DNA of 64,000 bases, from positions 359,104,001 to 359,168,000 of the forward strand of contig OZ024740.1 of assembly GCA_964016885.1 (NCBI GenBank). The letters are read 5' to 3'. The position numbers were made by a program, and so were the translations under genes. The notes under the pieces are model-generated. The model searched no databases, was not told the DNA's origin, and worked only from the letters and a program-made list of their open reading frames with translations. Position 1 is the stretch's first letter, and each line of letters opens with the position of its first letter. Below are positions 12,614 to 25,007 of this stretch, piece by piece. The stretch comes from Eledone cirrhosa (lineage: Eukaryota).

Positions 12614-15600
12614 TCATTCGGCCCATACTTGCTTCTCTCACCCATCTTTCAACAAAATTCTGGGAAGAGAGCACTTCCCTCTCTAGCCTGATTTTCCTTT
12701 TCAAATGAAATTTGATAAGGTTAATCAGGGCATCACCGAAGAGGTAAGTGCTCGTCTTCAGCCCTTTCAAACGTGTCCACCATATTATCTCTTTCGCCAT
12801 GGCCCCCAGACAGATAAAAACTGCCTGCCCTTCCCGGCTAAAGGAAGAGTGCGGGGAAATCCTCACGATGGACTCAGCTGATAACTGGATCCGTCCTACA
12901 CGTGACAGCAGGTGTTCGACATAAACCCATAAGTCACCAATGCTCGGACACTGGACGAGTGCGTGCAGGACGGTTTCGTCGCCCTGTGCGCATCTCGGAC
13001 ATGCCCGGCTGACGGCACCTCCATGCCTGTAGAGTTTATCCCGAACTGGCAAAGCACCCCGGTAGCACTGCCAGGCCAGGGATTTCTGGAAGTTGTCCAT
13101 AGGCCCCGGCCCGAAAGTCCTTCCGAAGAGATTGGCTAGTTGATTTTCGTCGACGCCTAGAGTTTCTCCAAGTACGTCGTCGCTCTTACCCTCCACTAAT
13201 CCTTTATAGAACGCCAAGGTGGAGTTTCCACCGATCACATTGCCCGATTGGTCGAGGGCTGTGAGCGCCTGAAGACATTCCAGTCTCCAAGCGCTCCCTC
13301 TCGGTCTTCGCTTGACCCAGGACTGCAGCTCCGTCAAGGAGACGAGCTGGGGAAAACGTGTCTAGCAAACGGCGACCACACCTGATCACCGTCGAGGAAG
13401 AGGTGGAGATGTCGTAGCCTGAGCGCGTGTCTGCGCATCATCAGCCACGGCATGCCCAGCCCTCCACGTAGCGGGTGTTGACAGCAGATGGACCGCCTGA
13501 CGATCGGAGCGCGTCCCTTCCACAAGAAGCGAAAGAGCAAACGCTCCAGCGCAGTCAGGCGGGGCTTAGGACAAGGTACGACGGTCAGGCGGTAGTAGAT
13601 GGCGGACGCGATGTACGCGTTAGCCACCTCCGCTCGACCTTTCAGGGATAGCTTCCTCTCGACCCTGCTCGTCACCTCGTCCCAGTTTTTGTCCGTCTGG
13701 AGGTCTGGACCGAACCAGACCCCTAGCAATTTAACCGGTCCGTCCGTCCAGCGCCCGACGACGCTGTTGGACGGCATGGACCTGCCTCTCCAGGTGCCGA
13801 GCTGCAGGCCTACTGACTTTTCCTGGTTGATCATTGCTCCTGTCACCGCTTTGTATTCTCTTAGTGTAGTGCCGATCGCCTCGATGTGTTTGGCGTTCGA
13901 CACCACTACGGTGACATCGTCGGCATATGCTGACACGGATCTTCCGCATCCTAGTTCGCGCGGGACGCCCCTCAACATCTCCAGTTTGTGCAGTAATGGC
14001 TCGAGAGTCAATACGTACAATAGGGACGAGAGGGGACATCCTTGGCGAACCGAGCGCATGATGTTGAACGGTTCCGAAAGGTGACCGTACACTCTCACTA
14101 CAGAGCAGATGTCGCTGTGCATGGCAGCGATCCAGCCTCTGAAGACGGGCCCAAACCCAGCCGCCCTCAGGACTGTCGCTAGGTAACGATGGTCGACCCT
14201 ATCGAAGGCTTTCGACTGATCTAAATTGATCAAAGACCCACCTGTGCCAGGTTCCCTAGCTACCGTCTCTACGATGTATCGCATGAGGTGGAGGTTGTCG
14301 TGGATGGATCTGTCGGGGATGGCGCATGTCTGTGCCTCTCCCACCAGACCACCAACGACAAGCGCCAACCTCTTTGCTAGCACCTTGGCCAAAATCTTGA
14401 ACTCTGTGTTTAGCAGAGTTATGGGCCTAAAATGATCTATGTTATCCCCCTTGTTCGGATCCTTTCTCAGCAGCGCCACCGCTCCTCGGCTCACAGAGCT
14501 GGGAATTCTCCCGTTCTGTTGCCAGTTGCAGTAGACGTCCGCCAAGAGGCCTCCGAACAAGTCTGGCATTTGTACGTAAAGTTCATAGGGCAGACCATCC
14601 AAACCAGACGATTTACCCCTTGTGCAGCCAGTCATTGCCTCCCGTACTTCAGCGGTTGTTATCGGCTTTTCGCAACACTCCGCCTCAGTGGCCGAAAGCC
14701 GCGGCAGTCCGTCGAGGTAGACACTAAAGTCCATCCCTCGATCCGGCCCGCCACTGTCCCCGAACAGTTGAGCGAAGTGTCGCTGAAAAGCTTCACACAT
14801 TTGCCCGGGATCGAGTAGCATGCGCCCGTCGTAGTCCACCAAAGACCGGATCGTGGCTTTATTGCCACGACGCGCCTCCGCCACTCGGGCCCATTGAACG
14901 GCTTTCGTCCCCTCGTGTCTGAGAGCACGCACCCTAGCTCTGACAACGCAGCCTTCGTACTTTGCATTGAAGAATTGGTCAAGGGCCAATTTTGCCGCAA
15001 GTACGTCGGTCGCGATGCCTTTGCTAAGCGCCTCGTCTAATTTTCTAACTAATTCTCCTTCTGTTCTATTTTTCTCTATTGCTAAAGCCTTACTAAACCT
15101 AATGGACTCTATTCTAATTGCTCTTTTCAGAGCAAACCACCACTTGTTGTTGACGATGGCCCCCGTCAACGCCCGCTTAACTAGTTCGCTAATCCGGTCT
15201 CTGTAGGCCTTGCGCGCTGGTAAGGACGCGTTTAGCTTCCAGTAGCCGGGTCCTCGTCTATGAAGCCTATCTAAGTCAAGCACACAGATCACGAATTTGT
15301 GGTCCGTGTAGCTGACTATCTTGAATTGTGGACAGCCTATGCTAGACCTATCTATTTCCCTACAAAATACTCTATCTAGATATGATCTGGATGACCATAT
15401 GCGATTTGTCCAAGTCTACATCGGTACATTCGGGAAATCCATTCGGTACCTGTCAGACAGTTCGAAACGCCTGAGCAGGTTGGTGAGACTCTTGCACCCT
15501 CCTTCCCTATCCACTAATCCCACACAATCCCAGCGGGCATCTAAGATCCCGTTCCAGTCGCCCACTAACACTAAAGAGTGGGACGTTCCAAGAAAGGTCT

Positions 15601-15979
15601 CCAGACGCCGGAAGAAATCAGGCCGCCCTGCTCCTGTCGGGGCATAGACGGCCACTAACCTGAAAGCTTTCCCGTCTCCGCTAGTCACGTCCAGCACCAG
15701 CAACTTACCTTCTGGGTCCAGGAAGATGGCCCGTATGGCAAGATCCAAACCTCTCCGAAAAAGTACAGCAACTCCTCCCCACGATCCCGGACGGCTGGGA
15801 GATGCGTACACATCGTAGCCGCCGAAGATCGGTGCGAAGGCCCGTGCTTCGGAGATTCTGGTCTCGCTGATGGCCACTACATCTTTGTTTAGTGACCTGA
15901 GGTCGTTGAGCAGATGGCCCTGCTTCCATGACGACCCCAAGCCACAGGCATTTATGCTGCCTATTCTGAGTGAGGTCAT
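12614..15979 (-). pseudogene. Tx1 ORF2: APE endonuclease, reverse transcriptase and C-terminal Cys/His motif
   Basis: MTSLRIGSINACGL, VAISETR, LVGDWNG (APE); LDQSKAFDRVDH, SVRQGCPLS, SAYADDVT (RT); CPRCAQGDETVLHALVQC. Stop at 15416 (TAG where copy 4 has TGG) and a frameshift near 13335. Confidence 0.93.
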
Positions 15980-17966
15980 GTTGAAAAGGAGTGGAAAAGA
16001 TGGGAAAGACTACTTCCCTTACTTCTCGTAGGGGAAGGACGGTTTTTCCATCCTTTTCACTGCTTGTGGCCTCCTCAGGAAGGATGTCCTTATAAATCCT
16101 CCTGGAGAGTGCTTGTCGGAAGTCTCCGATATCTTTGGGGAATTTTTGTTTTAGTGTCATGTATGTTTTCTGTGTGATGCGAGTGATTTGTATGTGTGGA
16201 GGTGGTGTGAATTTTTGGGTTGTTGTGTAGTCCTTTTCTGTGATGCTGGTGTTGTGTTGGATGTAGTGTAATAATTGCTTGTTGTTCAAATTTAATGCTG
16301 TGTAGTGTGTATCGTTTTGGTTGTTTTGTTTTGTTTGCGTTTGTTGTGGGTTTGTTTCTGTTTCGCATTTTGGTGACTTTTGTGGTGTAGGTGATGGTGG
16401 TGTTGGGGTTAATGATGGTGATGGTGTTGGTGTTTGGGTTGATGGGGTTGGTGATGCTGGTGTGGATGGTGGCATATCTGTCCTAACTTTTTTGTTTGTT
16501 AATTTATTTGTTTCCCTCTGTATTTTGTTTTTGGAGGGGGAAGGAAGAGAATTTTTTCTTTTTTGGTTTCTTTTTTTTTTCCTGATACCGTTTCCCACTC
16601 CTCGTCGTCACAATCTGTCTCCAGTTGTGATAGGCCGGGGAGTGGAAAATCCTCCACAGGCGTTAGTTTTGGTTGTGGCGTGGTGGATGGTGTAGGCGCT
16701 GGTGCTAGTTCTGAAGCGTTGGGTGGTGGTGGTGTTGGTTTTGCTACTGTTGCTGGGGTTGTTGCTGTTATAGTTGCTTCTGTTGTTGCTGCTACAGTTG
16801 TTGCTGCCATCTCTGCTACTGGTGGTGTTGATGGTTGTGTCACTGGGGTGGGTAGGAGAGGTGGCCTCAACCTTTTAGCCTGAGGGCAGAAAGCCCTTAG
16901 GTGGGTTCCTTCACCACAAACGACACACCTAGGCCTTCTGCCTTCGACAATTACGGTGAGGTGGCTGCCGTCAGTGAGGTCTATTACCTCTGGGATCTCC
17001 TCGATGCTTTTTTGGTCCGCTTGGATCAGGAGCTCCATCCCAGATCCGGACCAGTTCTCCTGCTTTTCTTTTGCTATTGCTATTATCTTTGTGTTGGCTT
17101 CGATGCCGGCGAGGACGGCCGCTATTAGCCAGGGAATTTCGATGGCCGGTGGAACGTGGGTCACCCTGATCTTTACGAGTCTCTGGCCACAATAGCTTGG
17201 GACGAGTGTGAAGTCGTCACTTCTTAATGGGGCCATGAAGTGTTCTCTAGCCTCCTCTGGTGTTTCAAAGAACACGTCCACGGTTCCATACTTCTGTCCA
17301 CGTCTGATGTGGGTTTTTCTTGCCCACACATGTCCCAAAGCTTTTTGGATTTGGGACTCGGATGCCCGTTCCACTTGGCGCGATTTTACATTAATTGTTC
17401 GATACGACACGGTGCATAGGCGCCGATGCTCCATTTTATTAGGTGGGGGTGAGGCTGACCCTGTACCCATCTTTCTTTACCATTTTTTTGGCATTTTCTA
17501 ATTTTTCCTGAGTTACCGTAAATACTTCGCACTGTTTTGCTACTCTGGCAAAACTCAGGGTGGTTTTTTTAATGTCATCGTTGCTGTTGTTGTTATCGTT
17601 ATTTTTAATTTTAGTTTCAGTTGTGGTGGTGGTGCCGTCAGTGGTGTTTGGTCTGGATGAGTCCATTTTGGTTGAAAACATTTCGACATCACGAGTTGAT
17701 TTATTTTTTCCTTTTGTTTCTGTTGTCGCGGTGGTGGTGGTGGTGGGGGTTGTCACGGTGGTGGTGGTGGTGGCGGCTTTAACACCTGCAGTCATTGGTA
17801 ATGGCGGGAAATGAATGTCTGCCTGAGACAAATTTAAAATATTGCTACTGCTTATATTTTTTTTAGTGTTGGCAAACGTAGAAACATTTGCAATGGTGGT
17901 GTCGGTGTTAGGTGTTAATTTGTGATGAATGCTCTCAGCTGCTTGGTGCAGAGGTGCATTAGCCAT
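15705..17966 (-). pseudogene. Tx1 ORF1 (gag-like, zinc knuckle), split over three frames
   Basis: CVVCGEGTHLRAFC is a CX2CX4HX4C knuckle flanked by Thr/Pro-rich linkers. Frame changes fall near a C-run (~17445) and an A-run (~16575). Confidence 0.85.
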
Positions 17967-18186
17967 TTTTTTTCAAAGAAATCTTTTGATAATCATAAAA
18001 GTTTAAATTTTGGGCACAAGGCCCCAATCTTTTCGGAAACCAATGTATGTGCGCTTATATATAGTTAACAATAAAAATTTTCCATAAATGGCAATTTTTA
18101 ACAAATGGAAATAACAAACCTTTGCTGAGCTCACGATGATACGATTTACTACGTAGATCGCCAATAATAATAATAATAATAATAAT

Positions 18187-18739
18187 GCAAAGTAAACAAT
18201 TTACCACATTCTGAGAAGTGGTATGAGCATAAGCCAAAGTCGGTGATAGAAAACGAGCAGGTGAAAGTGTTGTGGGATTTTAGGATACAGACGGACAAGA
18301 AACTGGAACACAATAGACCTGACCTGGTGGTTTTGGACAAGGAAAAAAGATCGTGCCTGTTTGTGGATGTGGCCTGCCCATTCGACACGAGAGTGCAAGA
18401 GAAGGAGAGGGAGAAAATTAACCGATACCAGGACTTAAAGTGGGAGGTAAAAAGGATTTGGAACTGCCATGAAGTCAACGTGGTCCCGATTGTCATAGGC
18501 GCACTAGGTACTATCTCAAAGAGTTTCCAGGTATAGTTAAAGAAAATTGGCCCCGCCACGCTTTTTGGAACGCTTCAAAAGGCATGCTTGCTGGGAACAA
18601 CAAGAACCCTCCGATACGTCCTGAATATCTGAGGCTGCAGGTAGTGGCTTGATATTCATTTCAACAAACTTTCCAATTAACTAACATCAATGACTGAGAC
18701 TCAAAGAACAACAATAATAATAATAATAATAATAATAAT
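18187..18739 (+). mobile_element. 3' fragment of R4/Dong-like RLE LINE family B, (AAT)n on both sides
   Basis: VLWDFRIQTDKKLEHNRPDLVVLDK...VDVACPFD...EKINRY is a restriction-like endonuclease PD..D motif. Homologous to 45830-46327. Confidence 0.9.
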
Positions 18740-19569
18740 AGCAAACAGACTTGGGACTGATTAAAAAATCAATGTCTATCCATTGAAACTATGCAGGAGC
18801 TACATTTCAACCATAGTGTGTATAATCAAATGTTATCATGTAGGAATCAAGCATTCGATGAAGCATCTGACATTGATCGATTATAAACTCAGTTTCATTT
18901 TCAATGTTTTCTCTTTTACAAAATATATTTCTACATATTGTCTAATGCATTCTAAACAGAACCCTGACTATTTAATGACGGCATGTTATTCCAATAAAGA
19001 AATGCCTGTGTAATTATTATAACACTTTGAACAAATATTGTCATTGAGTACTATTTTTATGCTCACAAATTTATCGATATATTTATATTTTAATTTGTGT
19101 GTGTTTGTGTTTGAGCCTGTGTTCTTGTGTGTATGTGTGTGTATGTTTGCTCATGTTTGTGTATGCACGTGTGTATGCGTGTATTTGCGTATATGTTGTG
19201 AGAACCAATAAAATTTGCTTCTCTTCCATATATATTTTTTACATATGTTTTTACTATTTTCATTCATCTGACTACGATCATTCTGCAGCTTTGCGTCAAT
19301 TCAGTCGATAATATCGGTCACAGTACATATTGTTTCAAGACTAATACTTAGTTTATAGTTGCCTCTTTCGTGGAACTGCTAAATTATTGGGTACAGATAC
19401 AGACACAAACATAAACACATACATAGGTGGACACACACATACATTCAAACATATGCATACCCACAAACACAAACACTGATGCACACTCACACGCACAAAC
19501 ACCATTAAATTAATATATATCTTCATTGCACTGTATATTTTTGGTGTTGTTCATCCGTTTAGTTCTTGC

Positions 19570-19745
19570 ATATGTATATTCAAATACGACAAGTTTCTGC
19601 AGTTCCTGTCTACAAATTCCATTCACAAGGCATTAATTAGTCAGTCTGATGCTATAGTCGAAGACACTTGTCTCAGGAGTCACGAAGACTTGAACCAGAA
19701 CCAGATGGTTGTGAAGCGAACTCCTTAACTACATGGCAATATCTG
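19570..19745 (-). mobile_element. Degenerate SINE of a second family
   Basis: Plus-strand text GCTATAGTCGAAGACACTTGTCTCAGG...CTTGAACCAGAACC resembles the reverse of a tRNA head plus CORE-like segment; heavily diverged. Confidence 0.5.
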
Positions 19746-19858
19746 TGCTTTTCTGTGTACTCTTGTCATTTTTATATTTTGAATGAAATTATTTTTTCAG
19801 TACCCAAACAATCTACTTTTATTGAAATGGACACATTTACTGTTTGATTGTTTTACAG

Positions 19859-19927
19859 ACAACTCAGTGAAAACAGGTTATCTGAAATACCGAAAGCTAT
19901 TGAACAGTTACCAAACTTGGAAAAGTT
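19859..19927 (+). CDS. LRR exon of the LGR4/5/6-type GPCR
   Basis: ttttacag|A acceptor and TT|gtaagt donor. 69 bp, phase 2-2, encodes QLSENRLSEIPKAIEQLPNLEKL. Confidence 0.88.
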
Positions 19928-20428
19928 GTAAGTATATATATAATGATGCATCTTGCAATTATGGATAGACCTCATTCACCTCCTCAAATGAGTGTTCCAG
20001 TAATCAATCAACGGAACAACCTGCTCATGAATTTAAAGCATACGTGCCTGAACATTCCACAGACAAATGTAACCTTAACGTAATTCTCAGGGAGATTCAG
20101 TGTGACACGTCTAGCCCTTTGAAATACCGGTACAGTTCATGTGGCTGGGTTCCAAACAGTTTCCGGCTACCCAGCTTCTACAGAAAATGTTTTGGCAGTG
20201 TGTTTGTTTTAGTTGTATAGTTGACTATTGCATTACAGTATATATTAGTTATCTCGACGCAACATGAACCCTGCTGCAGCATAAACTCTGCCGCGATTTG
20301 GCAACCACCAGAAATATATCCTGCATCTATATCCAGCTCTGTTTATGTTGTTGCATCTTGTGAAATTAACGTGCAATTAACTGCGCATTCTACGAATACG
20401 ATTTCCATTAAAATAATTTCCGGGGATA

Positions 20429-20520
20429 TTCAAGATGACAAAGTGTCTTAACCCAATTCTCAGAGAGTTCAAGATGACAGAGTGTCTTAACCCAATTCTC
20501 GGAGAGATTCAAGATGACAA
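20429..20520. repeat. Short tandem repeat, ~39-40 bp unit, about 2.3 copies
   Basis: Unit TTCAAGATGACA(A/G)AGTGTCTTAACCCAATTCTC(A/G)GAGAG, lying within a SINE-like remnant. Confidence 0.8.
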
Positions 20521-20947
20521 GTTTGTGACAAGGCCGGGATTTGAATTGCAGATACGATACAGTTTGGGTAAAAGACTGGACTAGGGAAACGTGGAATAAA
20601 GCGTCTTACTTAATGGCACAACGTGGCTCTTGTATTGAACACCAGAACGTATGTTCGCGAGCCGCACACCCTAACCACACACCCACTCGTCTTGCCATAT
20701 CCAGCCGCTTGTTTTAGATAAGGTCAATCTAAAAGAGTTACTCAGTAGAGATACATAGCAAATACTTTAAATCAAAACCAAAACCAAAAAAAGAGCATCA
20801 AAATAAATAACAGCCGACATATTTGGTTTCATTCCTATAACAATGGCTACTATGAATGATATTTTTATTTGCAAGTAGAGAAAACCTTATCTCTAATATC
20901 ATGTTTTATTTGTAATAATCCTGATGTAATTTTGTATTATCTTGCAG

Positions 20948-21091
20948 GCAACTGAAGTCAAACAATATCATTTATATACCCGATCACAGCTTTATACATA
21001 ACCCACGTCTTATTGAGCTAGAGGTTAAAGGCAATTTCATCAGATCCTTCGGTTACCATGCTTTCAGTGGCATGCCAATGCTAGAACGAAT
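20948..21091 (+). CDS. Double-LRR exon of the LGR4/5/6-type GPCR
   Basis: cttgcag|G acceptor and AT|gtaagt donor. 144 bp, phase 2-2, encodes QLKSNNIIYIPDHSFIHNPRLIELEVKGNFIRSFGYHAFSGMPMLER. Confidence 0.9.
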
Positions 21092-21885
21092 GTAAGTATA
21101 ATAAATAATAATAATAATAATAAATACTCCGTAACTAAAATACACTTTAGGCATTGAGAAATAATTGTTTATATATGTATATGTGCATGTATGTATCTTT
21201 GTATGTATGTCTCGTTTTCTTAATTTTAATTATATTTTCTGGTGGCAGATTTGTAAGAGAAGGAAATTTCTGCCGTACCTTGTGCAACCGTTCATCATTT
21301 AAATATTAAGAATGTTTTACCGATTTTGAAAATTAACGAAACCGAATGCGATTTTTCCATGGGTGCCTAAATTCAGTCCGACTTTGGTCTAGTTAGTTTG
21401 ATATATATCCTGTAACTTCAATAATAATAACTATGAAACCGTGGGTACTCAATCTGCAAATTCCTCAACAAGAGTCCACATATATCTTCCGTCACTTGTA
21501 TGTTTACTTACATTAATATAGTGTGGGTAGCTGACTTTTTCAGCTGAGCAAGATTTGTATCTGTGACGCCAAACCACAATATCCATACCAAAACATTCTC
21601 TATAGGTGTTGGATTGAAGGAAACTGTTTGGAAGCCCATCATATGGACTGTATCTCTATTGTCACATGTTGGTAGTTCTTTTTATATGTATACATGTATG
21701 TATATATGTATGCACGCATGTATGTATATATGTTTTTAGATGGTAACTTACTTCTTACAGGAGTGTTTGTCACTATAACATCTGGCCCTTTCTTTTTTTA
21801 ACTAACACCCTATCCGACCCCACAGTAGAGGACCTAAGATACATTTGATGAGCTTTAATTACTGCTGTTAATACATAAGAATCAC

Positions 21886-22035
21886 AATAATTGTTTCTAC
21901 TTTTGACACAAGGCTAGCAATTATACTAGTACATTACTGGAACTTTATTTTATCGACCCCGTAAGGATGAAAGGCAAAGTTTAACCTCGGCGGGATTTGA
22001 ACTCAGAACTCTATGCTGGAAAGCATGGCGTCCAA
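21886..22035 (-). mobile_element. tRNA-derived SINE with internal deletion
   Basis: Same core and tail as 3718-4107. Confidence 0.8.
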
Positions 22036-24344
22036 TGATGTGTAAACACCCTTTCTTTCGTTTCATCTGCACGCAGAAAAACATAAGGGATTCCATTTAC
22101 GTATTTCGGATAGTTTTTCCCTTTTCCTTAAGGCTATAATTATCTCTATGATTCTGCTGTCGCTATTCATGTCAAGCAGGATATAAAACAGGACCGAAAT
22201 GGTCTGTCAAATTGGCATGAATTATCATTCAGCAATGATAATTTACAAGTTATACGTTTGGCGGCGTAATTACTTGATACTCAGTATCTATGCACAACAT
22301 AATAATAGAAGATATGGATCGAATTTATATTACATCATAACAGAATTCTGCACTCACATTTCGCGTATTGAATAACCCATATGGAGTACTGTTAATTCTT
22401 GAAAATTTGCATTATAAATATTGCCTGTATAAATATAGATATTTGAATTACGAAAAGCATTTTCCTAGTATATAAACAGTAAACAAAAAATTTGAAAATA
22501 TGTCCGCCGGGGCTGTGGGTGGGCCCCATCGCGTACCGTTGTAGTTGTTGTAGAAGAAACAGAAAGACAACAACTGGAAACTACATGGTGACATGGTGGG
22601 TACTGAAAATTTAATTAAAGCTGCCCAATTGCTTTGTAAGGAGGAATTGCTGATGCCACAAAAAGAACTCCCTGTTTGTATTGTAAGGTGGTTGATGTTA
22701 GGAATGGCACTGATCTATAGAAAACCAATCCAGAAATAGATCATATAAGCAAACTGTTGTCATCTGACCTGTTTATATAAAATGTGCGTGTATATATTCA
22801 TATTGAAACACATTTCATGTCAGACTTTTATTTCTACATATGAATATAAAACCAATGTTGTCAATGAGATACTTGACATGAAGCAAAATAGATTTCTGAT
22901 TCATACGAGATATGAAAATTTGAATTTCTGTACACCACTTTTAACTATATAATCAACATATGATATTAAAGTAATAAACATTTCTGTCATTGAAATATTG
23001 TTATGTGGATAAAGACAGTCATTTGTTACTTGAAATAATTGTTTGCGCTTGAGGAAAATTATTATTGGAAACGTTAAATATCAAAATGCCTTGCATGGTA
23101 TTTCTATTGTGGAGTAGGTATCATTCAGCAATGGTAATTTACAATAGAGAGGATTTTCAAGCATATAAAATGTTATACTTGAATTAAAACACGTATCACT
23201 TCATATGATATTCATGATCTTAAAATCACTTATGATATTTACAATAAGCTGAAAGATGTAGGCGTTTGCTGTTCATCTGATAAAATTTGACTTTCTTGCT
23301 ATTAGTTATTGTATCGATTTCATAAAGTAAAAAGATAAGGACAGCCAAGTAAAATGGATAGAAATATTACAAAATGCTGCAAGAATACAACAGAAAACAC
23401 AATATCAAACATGATAGTAGTAACATTAATTGATTATTGATAAAGTCATGTTACATGCAAAATTACTCTAACTAATTAAAACGATTTGCAGGATAAAGGC
23501 GATTACTTTTACAGTATCTGTAAAATAAAAGTTAATCTATTACAACTCTTCCATAACTTATAAGTCTTCTGTTTTTATAAAATGCTTGCAATATTTTTCT
23601 ACTGTTCTAAATAATACACCATGTCAAAATCTAAAAAGAAAAATTGAATTTTTAAAGAAATACATCTCGTGCTAATTGAGTTTCTGGATTTTTTCTTTTC
23701 CTTCCTGTTGAATACAAAATACTAACTCTGTTTTTCTCTTCAACACAATTACTGCTTTGCATGAAAACAATTATTTCCATTAGTAATTTTTTTTCTTCAA
23801 AACATCCAACAGTTCACACAAATGAAAGTGTGTTTTCAGAAACGATGAGCAGAATGTGAAATTTATGATGATGTCAGATATTTCATCGAATTTTTTTTTT
23901 TTTCAATAAAGAAATAATCTAAATAATAGTGCATATCGGTCCCACTTAACGGGGGAAAAACGAACATTAGAATCTGTGGGACACGAGGTGGTTTTGCATT
24001 AAGAGGGCTTATATGCCCTATTATTTAAAGTATTTCTCTATAATCAAAAACGGACCGGAAACACGAAAATATTGAAGGAAGCTTATATCCGAAATCTATT
24101 ACAATCCATACGACTCGAACCATTTCAGCTTGACGTACAATGAACAGCGGGATAAGGGATACACATTTATCCGGACAATAAAAGGTTTCGGTTCGATTCT
24201 AATGCATGCTGACACCCGTTTCTGTCCGTTTGAGGGACCAAGTTGACCAGTTGTTAGACTATTCTTTGTTGTCAATATACGGCGAAAGAAAATATTTCAA
24301 TTTTCAAATTTTATGTAGCTGCCTTATTTTAAACAAACGTGCTC

Positions 24345-24387
<43 letters not shown>

Positions 24388-24512
24388 GGAAAATGTTAGA
24401 CCCCCCCCCCCACCCGACGGCAGAGCTCAACCCGTTTCGACGGCTATTTCTGGACTGGACTCTACTACCTAAGTATTGAGTACTCTGGTGCGTTATGGTT
24501 CATCTGGTTCCA
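24388..24512. mobile_element. Half-hammerhead fold-back element, partly collapsed copy
   Basis: Short arm (CCCGACGGCAGAGCTCAACCCGTTTCGACGGCTATTTCTGGACT) fused to the distal part of the long arm, directly after (TA)n. Confidence 0.75.
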
Positions 24513-24588
24513 CGTTTGTTTAAAATATATACATATATATATAGATAGATAAATATACACGGGTGTGTATGATTGTTGATAGAAGATT

Positions 24589-24927
24589 GTATTAATAAGA
24601 GGAATTCCAACTTTGTCTGATTTACTTGTTTTATTTACAATCCTTTAAAATTTATAATGGTATTATAATGAAATAGTATGATAGAATATTAAATGTTAAG
24701 TGTTAATTGAACAAGTACGTTCATGCTTTCGCAATCTTCAGGTTCATAATGTGTGGTGACAGTCAAGTTTGCAATGACAATTGCAAACTTGACTGTCACC
24801 ACACATGTTCAATTAACACTTAACATTTAATATGCTATCATACTATTTCATTATAATACCATTATAAATTTTAAAGGATTGTAAATAAAACGAGTAAATC
24901 AGACAAAGTTGGAATTCCTCTTAATAC
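24589..24927. repeat. Fold-back (inverted repeat) Penelope-type remnant with a degenerate hammerhead at 24708-24746 (-)
   Basis: Arms are reverse complements around TTGCAA-TGACAA-TTGCAA. Only the left arm keeps, on the minus strand, TGAAC CTGAAGA TTGCGAAAGCAT GAACGTACTT GTTCA. Confidence 0.8.
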
Positions 24928-25007
24928 ATTTCTTTGTGTGCTTGTGCATGTATATATAAACGCACACATGCGCGTATGTATAATACGTATATATATATAT
25001 ATATATA

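Larger units (their letters stand above)
12614..18162 (-). mobile_element. Tx1-clade LINE copy 3, near full length (5'UTR, ORF1, ORF2; lacks its own 3'UTR)
   Basis: Starts GGCGATCTACGTAG directly after (ATT)n, at the same start as the copy at 48385. Contains ORF1 and an APE-RT ORF2 with few lesions. Confidence 0.95.

Noticed and set aside
7377-17814. Plus-strand ORFs overlapping the Tx1 copies (and minus-strand ORFs at 48.7-52.9 kb)
   Set aside because: Antisense shadows of GC-rich retrotransposon coding sequence.
20429-20520. Short repeat array as a possible CRISPR
   Set aside because: Units are contiguous with no unique spacers, the context is eukaryotic, and no cas genes are present.
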